Shown in pieces: positions 59,001-64,000 of a DNA stretch of 64,000 nt. This DNA comes from Octopus sinensis (taxonomy: Eukaryota). How positions within the stretch are numbered: position 1 is the stretch's first letter; the number at the start of each line of letters is the position of its first letter. The notes beneath the pieces are model-generated. The model had not been told where the DNA came from, ran no database searches, and worked only from the letters and a program-made list of their open reading frames with translations. The DNA lies in NCBI RefSeq assembly GCF_006345805.1, contig NC_042997.1, positions 137,268,001-137,332,000 of the forward strand, in the 5' to 3' direction. The position numbers and the translations under genes are program-made.

Positions 59001-62000
59001 TTCACTTATTCATATATGACATGGATTGATTTAATTTCTCTCAGAGGAGGAATGTACAGTTAGCTGAATCTAATTCAAATTGCATTAGGTTCTATACTAT
59101 ATTCCCTTAGGTGACGTGAGGAAAAAAAAAGAAGAAATCAATGCAAGTAGAATTTGAATTCAGAGACAGGTGATACCAAACTAGATATTACATAGTGGTA
59201 TAATGAATCTTGAGTACTGCAGGAAACATTACTAAATAGTATGAATGTAAATGGAACAAAATATATTTTCAGGAATGTTTTTAAGCCACTCCTACCTATT
59301 GCAAGAAGAGAAGTGCAAAGTAGATCTGAGTATGTACTGCAATATGAAAGATTAGAGGTGTGAGGTAGTCTGGATTGCAAAGCAGTATACCAGAGAGAAT
59401 CAAGATGCCATTGGTGTAGAGTGTCTATGAAACAATAGCAGTGCACTTGCTCTCCCTGGTAGCAAAAAGAAAGAAGGTAATTTGTTGAAAGGAAATACAT
59501 AGAAGGGATTGGGTCCATCTCAAGTAGATCCAACAGAATAACAAGCCAGTTAAATTGACAGCTCTACAGTCAAAAGTGGGATTAAAGACATGAAAACAGG
59601 GAAGGCAACAGGACCATCAGAGAGATGCTGAAAATATTCGACACAATAAGTACTAATTATTTGCACAGTCACCTGGGCTGTACAAGAACTTGTCATATCC
59701 AATGAATGTCATTGTGATATCAGCATTAACTGCAACAAGAGTAAAATAGATGAACTTGGTTACAAAAGTTACTGCACAATTGATTAGGTAGACATTTAAG
59801 CCAGGTGAGTTGTTTTGTTTTAAGCTTGGATGGAGTGCCACTGATACCTTCTTCCTAGTGAGACAACTACAAGAAGTATTTAGCTAAGAATAAGCTACTC
59901 TACCTAACATCTATTGACCTGGAAAAGGCTTTGACAGGGTTCTACACACTGCTAAAGCCTGTTGATCACTAAAAGAACTGGAAACAGATGAATGGCACAT
60001 GAGAACCATGCAAACACAGTATGTAGTAACATCGGTAAAGTGAGAGTTATCAAGAAGTTTGGTGAGAGATTTAGAGTGTAGGCTGGTGTGTATTATGGTT
60101 AGTGCTGTCTCTTCCTGCTAATTATAGTCTTCTACATCATAACAGAGGAGTTTAAGACTGGCTGCCAATGAGAACTTGTATATGTCGGAGTTCTTACAGC
60201 TGTATCAGTCAACTGATTAAAAAGAAAATTCCAAACTTGTAAGCAACAAATAAATTAAAAGGACTTAAAGTAAACCTAGTAAAGACTAAGATTTTAGTTA
60301 ACAAGAAAGAAGACAAGACTCCACTGCCATGAAGAGAGTAGAAATATTTGATATGTAGTAAAGGATTCTATGATGCAGCTTGTGTAAACTATGAATATTT
60401 AAGTGTAATGCAATTACTGGCAGGCTGATAGAGAAGTTAGATACCAATTATGGCAGATGTACAAGGGTAGATAGCCATAAGAATAGGCATAAAATAAATT
60501 GCTGCAAGAGATAAAAAGGCTCCCTAAAAGTTTGGTTAGCCTTCTTGTTGGTCAGTGGAATTCCAGAGACAATAACTAAACCACCTCTGTTGTGCCTGGG
60601 TTGTTTCCAGATGCAAGTGCCTAGGCTCAAGTATACTTACTACCTCACTATTCATGGATATGCTACAAAAAGAAACACAAGTCAATACATCTGCAGCATC
60701 CATGGATGGAACTAGTGGAAAAGAGAGACCAAGAAAGACAGGATGAAAAGATCACAAGAAGTTGAAACTTGCGAAACAGATGACAAAGCACTATAACATG
60801 GAGCAAAATGCTGTCGTGGAAAAGACCCTTCCAAATCAAGCAAACACAAAATATGATGATGGGGGGTAATGGAGATTGGGATGCATACCCATTATGTCCA
60901 TATTAAATTTCCATCCTTTAGTCATTTTCTCATCTATTACAGAACTTCTTTACTACCATACTGCCTTTATAAAGAGGGATGGCATTGCACTGAATCTGTG
61001 CCATACACCATTTCTCATCTTTATTGCTACCCACCATCCAATCTTTCCCGTTGTTCCTACTAGTATTCATTACTTTTCTACCTCACTTTTACTCCTATTC
61101 TGATTTGCTTCTAATACTCTATCAACCTGCTTTCCAGTTCTGTGGAAAAGAAAAATGAATAAAGATAACCTCTCTGGTGCTGATGAACATCTTCCATGAT
61201 AAAAGTATACTTTGTAAAGAGGTTGTCAATAGGAAGAGTATCAAGTCATAGAAGCTTTGCTAAAAATGGAACTTGCAAGCAAGGTATAGTTCCTGATAAG
61301 TCTAAGAAATCAGTAGCTCCAAATAACCTGAATTTTGATGACCCATCCCACCCATGCCAGCATGGAAAAGTGGGCCATGACAAAAAATGATAAACCAAAT
61401 ATTAAGTATTTACAACGGCATGACAAAAATCAAAAATTTTGAATGTCTATCGTATAACTGGGCACCCTGGACACTCTAAAGTTTCTTTTTCCAGCAAAGA
61501 ATATATTCTATAATCAATGATCCTTGTGGATTACATGCTGAATTTTACAAAATCAACGTACAAACAATCCAAAACAATTTTACTTCAAATTACAATAACT
61601 CTCAGGAGCTGTAGTTCTAAGTTACAGTTCACTAGAAATTGTGTCCATATCTAATTTATCAAGCTGCTTTGTAGAACTTATTCAAAGCTGACTATGACTA
61701 AATGTAACAGTCACTGATTTATCACTCCAACTGTATAAATTACTAACATAGGAATTTAAATTAATAAAATTACAAATGTCAACATGAAATAATGAGATGA
61801 AAGTGCACTTTGTTGTAAGCGAAAAAACTAAGCAAACTAGGCATTATGCCTTTCTTTTTAATATTGCTTCTATGCAACAGTCATCTTGTATAGTTTCCTC
61901 TTTGTTAGGCCCCAGTGAACAAAAAATTGAATGACTTGGAAGTTCATATTTAGTAGGTATTTCTAGTTTTGATCAATGAAGTAGTTTTTAAAACGAAAAA

Positions 62001-63612
62001 CTAAACGTAATAGAGAGAAACAGATAAAAGAGGGTAAAAGAAAATAAAAGTGACAAAATAGGTAAATATATTAGGTACAGTAAACAAGCCTTGAACACGT
62101 GGAACAGAATTGGTTATAATGATATAAAGAGATTGATTGAAAACACTTCACAATGGGTCAAGGTTTCACACTGATAATGATGAGGACTTAAAGATGAAGT
62201 AGTAAGATTAAAAATGACAAATATACTATGCACATTAGATAATTTTATAAACTAAAGCAAATATAGGTAGCTTTTCTAGCGTTAATATGAGCCAGGCAAC
62301 CCGTAGCCAAAGAATATTTTCAATTTACATAGAAAATAGGATGCGAATGTTTTAAATATCCTGCTTTAATTACACACTACAAAATGTGTTGGATAAAAAT
62401 GGCTCAAACTCAAGGTTACTCAGCTCTCATCAATTAAGTCGAAAGAAAGACCAGTCATCGACATGTGTTTATACTGTGGGTTGTACTGGGAATATATAGT
62501 TCTATATTAAAAATACTTAATACCCTACATGATCGTAAAAATCGTTTTCATTCATTTGATTTATTCTAGCTTCTATATGAAAATCATTCTAGTAAATCTA
62601 GTTTAATGACCACTTTCATTATTACGATTGTCTAAGTGTTGGACCAACTGAAAGTTGCTTAACTTTCTGTGATCCGACTTATCAAGTTTTATTTAAGGGA
62701 ATAATTTTAAAAATCAGTTTATATTAAAAATATAAAATACTGTAAACTCAATAAATATAAATATATATAAAATGTACCCTGGGAATGAGGCAGAAAGTTC
62801 AGAGGTAATTTTTCAATGAAAACGAAATAGTGAGGGAATCGAATTTTGCAGATCAAAAATTCGCGAAGTTTAATCTTTTACACGCAAGATCTGTTTATGA
62901 TAGCGTCATTACACACACAATAGTCTAGATTGTGAAAATAATAGCTAACAGTAAATGATTATCAAACTGAAGGTGTGCACAGTACTTGGGACATTAATTT
63001 AAACTGATTTCAATTAAATGCTGTAATGAGAAATAATAGATGTCCTTGAGGATAATTTGAAAAATAACCACGCTTCAAAAGACTGGCAAAATAAAGATGT
63101 AAAATAAAAGACAATATTGACGATGATATAGGTGTTTATGCCCAAAGTAATATTTGTTATAAAAATAATACTAAGAATGAAATCCCCTCAGATAACGAAA
63201 GCTATTTTGGCTCCAAATCCACTTGTTATATTTCCCTAATTGTCCATCTGTCTATTATATTAAGACAATTTGAAGGCTGAAAATAAAAGTAATGACAGGG
63301 TTGCTTGATGGAATGCGAGAAATGATAATTGATCAAGTGTGTTATAACGTAGTAATATATCTAAGCGAATCCTTCCTGTATAACAGTGCTGATATATAAA
63401 TCACTAAAGGAGAGAATGAAGCTTGAAGCACTGACGACGACAACGTATGGACGGATAATATACAGCGTGATGTATTAAACAGATTTACAATGGGTCATCA
63501 ACAGACGGGCGCGCGTATATACACATATAAAGGATAAACATACTTACTTCTAATGGTAAATGGTGTAAGTCTCCAACTATATATGTAAGATGTTTGTCAG
63601 TTTGAATAAAAG
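140..63612 (-). CDS. TMEM131: Transmembrane protein 131 (RW1) orthologue; multi-exon gene, partial (exon 1 and terminal exons outside window); 36 exons traced, about 1794 codons
   Basis: Spliced translation matches recognisable TMEM131 motifs: [100 protein letters not shown] followed by a TM helix. All introns are GT-AG and phases are consistent exon to exon. Confidence 0.95.
354..437 (-). CDS. TMEM131: TMEM131 exon E36 (84 nt) [28 protein letters not shown]
   Basis: ttcttctacag / gtaagt; phase 1-1. Confidence 0.8.
1694..1830 (-). CDS. TMEM131: TMEM131 exon E35 (137 nt) [45 protein letters not shown]
   Basis: ttattttcag / gtaagt; phase 2-1, open frame. Confidence 0.82.
2065..2220 (-). mobile_element. 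tRNA-derived SINE. Other copies at about 1555-1690(-), 3935-4090(-), 24925-25072(+), 50985-51100(+), 56630-56740(-).
   Basis: A-box-like gctgtgtggtaag, B-box-like ggttcagttcc; shared gtggatttggtagac.gaaa..gaaagaagcc body. Confidence 0.65.
2680..2749 (-). pseudogene. Degenerate tRNA-like cloverleaf (Thr-CGT-like)
   Basis: GGCAGTT-TA-GCTT(AAAGATA)AAGC-A-CTTGC(CGCGTAA)TCACA-GGG-ATGAG(TGCTAGT)CTCAT-GGCTGGC-T. D and T stems are perfect and the acceptor stem is 6/7; the anticodon stem is broken and the T-loop is non-canonical. Confidence 0.5.
3063..3273. mobile_element. piggyBac-type MITE
   Basis: TTAA on both sides; TIR CCCTTTAGCAT / ATGCCAGAGGG; second copy at 28747-28965. Confidence 0.75.
4363..4435 (-). 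CDS. TMEM131: TMEM131 exon E34 (73 nt) [24 protein letters not shown]
   Basis: attttccag / gtaagt; phase 1-2. Confidence 0.82.
4829..5242 (-). CDS. TMEM131: TMEM131 exon E33 (up to 414 nt; Ser/Pro/Asn-rich). The 3' boundary is uncertain (4886, 4865 or 4829).
   Basis: ttttctag acceptor; ORF 4794-5261; three in-frame phase-1 GT donors. Confidence 0.8.
5372..5458 (-). CDS. TMEM131: TMEM131 exon E32 (87 nt) [29 protein letters not shown]
   Basis: ttccttttccag / gtaaga; phase 1-1. Confidence 0.87.
5677..5819 (-). CDS. TMEM131: TMEM131 exon E31 (143 nt) [18 protein letters not shown]...GYTTSSE
   Basis: ttttatttcag / gtatgc; ORF 5615-5863. Confidence 0.87.
6594..6808 (-). CDS. TMEM131: TMEM131 exon E30 (215 nt) NCSREASNN...[31 protein letters not shown]
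   Basis: ttcctttctag / gtaaga; open frame, phase 0-2. Confidence 0.87.
6860..7070 (-). mobile_element. CORE/MIR-like tRNA SINE (second copy at about 23215-23335 +)
   Basis: ttctgaattcaaat...aaggccaacattgccttt...cctttcagggttcataaa...aaataccagttgagca.tgggg CORE-like segment. Confidence 0.55.
7282..7445 (-). CDS. TMEM131: TMEM131 exon E29 (164 nt) [17 protein letters not shown]...[18 protein letters not shown]
   Basis: gttttactgcag / gttttg; [11 protein letters not shown] resembles a conserved TMEM131 tail motif. Confidence 0.88.
8141..9069 (-). CDS. TMEM131: TMEM131 exon E28 (929 nt): FTPDFTMSR...LPRPSWE, TM helix ([22 protein letters not shown]) and start of the cytoplasmic tail
   Basis: cccatttcag / gtaaag; ORF 8085-9050 (321 aa). 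Confidence 0.93.
9158..9353 (-). CDS. TMEM131: TMEM131 exon E27 (196 nt) ...[18 protein letters not shown]...[27 protein letters not shown]
   Basis: ttttttatag / gtaagt; CEGYGFKV motif. Confidence 0.95.
9909..10048 (-). CDS. TMEM131: TMEM131 exon E26 (140 nt) [22 protein letters not shown]...[12 protein letters not shown]
   Basis: tttgtttcag / gtaagt; ORF 9883-10068. Confidence 0.95.
10552..10718 (-). CDS. TMEM131: TMEM131 exon E25 (167 nt) [22 protein letters not shown]...[16 protein letters not shown]
   Basis: aaattgcag / gtttgt; ORF 10524-10724. Confidence 0.9.
10883..10967 (-). CDS. TMEM131: TMEM131 exon E24 (85 nt) [28 protein letters not shown]
   Basis: tttcttttaacag / gtttgt; phase 2-0 bridges E23 and E25. 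Confidence 0.85.
11545..12272 (+). mobile_element. Tc1/mariner (probably DD41D/rosa-like) transposase remnant with an inverted partial duplicate
   Basis: [13 protein letters not shown] (frameshift) ...[35 protein letters not shown]; about 40 residues between the 2nd and 3rd Asp; terminal ttttgggacaccct at about 12257-12270. Confidence 0.8.
12643..12752 (-). CDS. TMEM131: TMEM131 exon E23 (110 nt) [37 protein letters not shown]
   Basis: ttttttctctag / gtatgt; matches the ENPADVPV motif. Confidence 0.94.
12974..13109 (-). CDS. TMEM131: TMEM131 exon E22 (136 nt) [45 protein letters not shown]
   Basis: tgtatctgtag / gtaagt; ORF 12890-13075. Confidence 0.94.
13209..13326 (-). CDS. TMEM131: TMEM131 exon E21 (118 nt) [40 protein letters not shown]
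   Basis: ttcttcttttag / gtaagt; ORF 13205-13399. Confidence 0.92.
15244..15319 (-). CDS. TMEM131: TMEM131 exon E20 (76 nt) [25 protein letters not shown]
   Basis: tttttacactccag / gtattt; matches the IYFD...C...CYVGLP motif. Confidence 0.94.
15461..16185 (+). mobile_element. Internally deleted hAT (Charlie/Buster-type) DNA transposon with an 8-bp TSD
   Basis: [40 protein letters not shown] (dimerisation-domain C-terminus); right TIR CAGTGTTTCCCAAAC; TSD CCCTAAAG at 15453-15460 and 16186-16193. Confidence 0.85.
16353..16505 (-). CDS. TMEM131: TMEM131 exon E19 (153 nt) [20 protein letters not shown]...DSRFYYRP...EPLKYNR
   Basis: tctttcactag / gtatgt; ORF 16188-16454. Confidence 0.92.
16870..17462 (+). 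mobile_element. Degenerate RTE LINE 3' end with tail
   Basis: LHWSGHVM...[20 protein letters not shown] followed by the same 3' UTR as 48340-48604. Confidence 0.75.
17771..17857 (-). CDS. TMEM131: TMEM131 exon E18 (87 nt) [29 protein letters not shown]
   Basis: ttttttatag / gtaagt. Confidence 0.92.
18627..18731 (-). CDS. TMEM131: TMEM131 exon E17 (105 nt) [35 protein letters not shown]
   Basis: ttctctttgtctag / gtatgc; ORF 18501-18704. Confidence 0.92.
19951..20073 (-). CDS. TMEM131: TMEM131 exon E16 (123 nt) [27 protein letters not shown]...DTDP
   Basis: cttttctccag / gtaagt. Confidence 0.9.
20405..20515 (-). CDS. TMEM131: TMEM131 exon E15 (111 nt) [37 protein letters not shown]
   Basis: poly-T...tgtag / gtaagt. 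Confidence 0.93.
20642..20812 (-). CDS. TMEM131: TMEM131 exon E14 (171 nt) [14 protein letters not shown]...[18 protein letters not shown]
   Basis: ttgttttattcag / gtaagc; ORF 20591-20878. Confidence 0.94.
22250..22400 (-). CDS. TMEM131: TMEM131 exon E13 (151 nt) [16 protein letters not shown]...[25 protein letters not shown]
   Basis: ttctctatttcag / gtgagt; phase 2-0, open frame. Confidence 0.92.
22504..22609 (-). CDS. TMEM131: TMEM131 exon E12 (106 nt) [36 protein letters not shown]
   Basis: tttctttccag / gtatgt; ORF 22452-22670. Confidence 0.92.
24082..24190 (-). CDS. TMEM131: TMEM131 exon E11 (109 nt) [36 protein letters not shown]
   Basis: tgtttttcag / gtatta; ORF 23984-24181. Confidence 0.92.
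25691..25809 (-). CDS. TMEM131: TMEM131 exon E10 (119 nt) [40 protein letters not shown]
   Basis: ataactgcag / gtgagt; phase 1-0. Confidence 0.93.
28436..28586 (-). CDS. TMEM131: TMEM131 exon E9 (151 nt) [32 protein letters not shown]...LPVEVEVTS
   Basis: ctgtcactttag / gtaggc; ORF 28353-28556. Confidence 0.95.
28747..28965. mobile_element. piggyBac-type MITE (second copy)
   Basis: TTAG/TTAA flanks; TIR CCCTTTAGCATT / AATGCTGAAGGG; body similar to 3063-3273. Confidence 0.75.
29320..30560 (+). mobile_element. Old RTE LINE fragment (RT core)
   Basis: AFVDLEKA(F)[19 protein letters not shown]-like and FCYLGDLIS remnants; heavily interrupted. Confidence 0.65.
31153..31233 (-). CDS. TMEM131: TMEM131 exon E8 (81 nt) [27 protein letters not shown]
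   Basis: tcttttaattag / gtaagg; matches the GGDLHLELP motif. Confidence 0.95.
32745..32867 (-). CDS. TMEM131: TMEM131 exon E7 (123 nt) [41 protein letters not shown]
   Basis: ttttcttgcag / gtagct; ORF 32703-32891. Confidence 0.95.
33298..33423. mobile_element. Possible Helentron-associated non-autonomous element (HINE/DINE-like)
   Basis: actagaaaagtactcagagcacagacctctgccaag ... aaccttctgggcggggta(A)n, i.e. degenerate sub-terminal inverted repeats. Confidence 0.4.
33880..34262 (-). mobile_element. Older 3' fragment of a related LINE family
   Basis: Frameshifted [52 protein letters not shown]. Confidence 0.6.
34925..37135 (-). mobile_element. Decayed, 5'-truncated Penelope-like retroelement (RT plus C-terminal GIY-YIG region)
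   Basis: Fragmented ORFs: [42 protein letters not shown]...[17 protein letters not shown]. My translation of 34925-35290 gives [45 protein letters not shown]. Many stops and frameshifts; (TA)n/(CA)n on both sides. Confidence 0.85.
40444..40709 (-). mobile_element. 3' end of a CR1/L2/Jockey-superclade LINE with a (TCAA)n tail, inserted in the satellite
   Basis: [31 protein letters not shown]; short 3' UTR; gattgattgattga at 40446-40460. Confidence 0.75.
46648..46867 (+). repeat. Young RTE 3'-tail copy inserted in the TA/CA satellite
   Basis: Same tail sequence, (GAT)n end, satellite on both sides. Confidence 0.85.
47524..48604 (+). mobile_element. 5'-truncated RTE-clade LINE (RT C-terminus plus 3' UTR ending in (GAT)n)
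   Basis: [39 protein letters not shown]...[13 protein letters not shown]; GGATGCCCTTCCT-type tail on the opposite strand; CpGs retained (young). Confidence 0.85.
48620..49690. mobile_element. Unclassified repeat with direct and inverted partial terminal repeats (Penelope pseudo-LTR-like architecture)
   Basis: Unit at 48620-48790 recurs directly at 49372-49473 and inverted at 49474-49640; 49318-49385 recurs inverted at 49621-49690; no ORF. Confidence 0.55.
49686..50280. repeat. (TA)/(CA) compound microsatellite
   Basis: Direct inspection. Confidence 0.95.
50630..50905 (+). repeat. RTE 3'-tail copy. Further older copies at about 598-745(-), 3797-3915(-), 17955-18152(+), 22965-23135(-), 31790-31975(+), 51220-51335(+), 57235-57400(+), 61200-61390(+).
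   Basis: Shared aagggcatccagctgtagaaac...ccaacccatgccagcatggaaa...ggacgttaaatgatg motif. Confidence 0.75.
52168..52281 (-). CDS. TMEM131: TMEM131 exon E6 (114 nt) [38 protein letters not shown]
   Basis: ctcttgcag / gttagt; ORF 52096-52317; strong TMEM131 motif. Confidence 0.95.
52372..52675 (-). repeat. Young RTE 3'-tail (LINE-tail/SINE-like) copy
   Basis: (CAT)n start; about 8 mismatches in about 175 bp versus the reverse complement of 46683-46860. Confidence 0.85.
53102..53225 (-). CDS. TMEM131: TMEM131 exon E5 (124 nt) [41 protein letters not shown]
   Basis: tttgtag / gtaaga; ORF 53030-53221; matches the PVGMP...HFHASFFQ motif. Confidence 0.93.
53885..53953 (-). CDS. TMEM131: TMEM131 exon E4 (69 nt, phase 2-2) [23 protein letters not shown]
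   Basis: ttttctttcag / gtgagt; similar to the human RFEPPMLDFHEQ segment. Confidence 0.9.
54039..54070 (-). CDS. TMEM131: TMEM131 exon E3, 32-nt microexon (phase 0-2) [11 protein letters not shown]
   Basis: Acceptor ttttcttttctatttcag, donor gtaagt; bridges the phases of E2 and E4 exactly. Confidence 0.8.
54470..54915 (-). repeat. Young RTE 3'-tail copy with three tandem 62-bp internal units
   Basis: tgccaccgacacaggtgccaga...ggatgg repeats start at 54651, 54713 and 54775. Confidence 0.85.
59380..60850 (+). mobile_element. Old RTE LINE fragment
   Basis: [14 protein letters not shown]-like, IDLEKA(F)DRV and GKERPRKT remnants. Confidence 0.65.
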
Positions 63613-64000
63613 CTGTGGAGAAGCGATAAGAAAAATAAAAATACAGTTACACGAAGATAACATAAAAATAAAAACAATAATTATTAATGTAATTTTATTA
63701 AAGTGTCATCCGTTCGTTAAGAACTAAATCGTAAATATCAGTATTGGTGGTAAACAAGCCATATAGTAGTTCTATAGCCTCCATACACGTTAGCATACAA
63801 TGAACACAAACACATACGTATATAGAGAACAATTACAAAGATAAGGGACCATTTTTCCCCTTTGTTTACCGGAAATTATATCAAATAAGTATTCAGATGG
63901 AGATTTTGCTTTTAATTATCATTAATGTAATATAGTTATGGATAATACAGTAGCGAATTTAAGGAACTAAGCCAGTCGACTCTATACAATTTCCGCGAGG
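62400..64000. promoter_or_regulatory. CpG-retaining zone, probably the edge of the TMEM131 promoter/first intron
   Basis: CpGs are visibly frequent here (e.g. ttcgcgaag, gacgacgacaacg, gggcgcgcg, ccgcg) versus strong depletion in the gene body; surrounds E2. Confidence 0.45.
63548..63612 (-). CDS. TMEM131: TMEM131 exon E2 (65 nt, phase 1-0) [22 protein letters not shown]
   Basis: Acceptor ttcttatcgcttctccacag, donor gtaagt; resembles the vertebrate AFVQS exon. Confidence 0.85.

Noticed and set aside
59653-59841. Minus-strand ORF with apparent splice sites
   Set aside because: It is the antisense of a degenerate RTE RT region.

Overview
This is a 64-kb eukaryotic, AT-rich genomic window. The repeat content suggests a coleoid cephalopod, probably Octopus (inference). 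It is almost entirely occupied by one minus-strand gene, the TMEM131 (RW1) orthologue. I traced 36 GT-AG coding exons by hand (E2-E37, 63612 down to 140, 5384 nt, about 1794 codons), and they splice in frame from AFIQTD... through the luminal Ig/PapD-like region, the single TM helix and the Ser/Lys-rich cytoplasmic tail. Exon 1 and the last exon(s) lie outside the window, and CpG enrichment at 62.4-64 kb suggests the promoter is just beyond the right edge. The introns hold decayed or truncated transposons: Penelope-like RT/GIY-YIG, several RTE-clade LINE pieces and many copies of their 3' tail, CR1/L2/Jockey-like 3' ends, a mariner remnant, a hAT-Charlie remnant with an 8-bp TSD, piggyBac-type MITEs and tRNA-derived SINEs. 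The 19.3-kb intron 6 carries about 10 kb of TA/CA/CATA simple-sequence DNA, which accounts for all the long Y/I/M/C/V/H/T ORFs in the ORF track (spurious). I found no second protein-coding gene, intact TE or clearly novel multi-gene system. The most unusual observations are: an exact 56-bp inverted copy of the local Penelope RT stranded 9.3 kb away inside the satellite; a tRNA-like cloverleaf enclosed in a foldback element; long intronic hairpins and inverted repeat pairs flanking an in-frame exon block (candidate ADAR or circRNA substrates); and candidate alternative or poison splicing in the tail-coding region.
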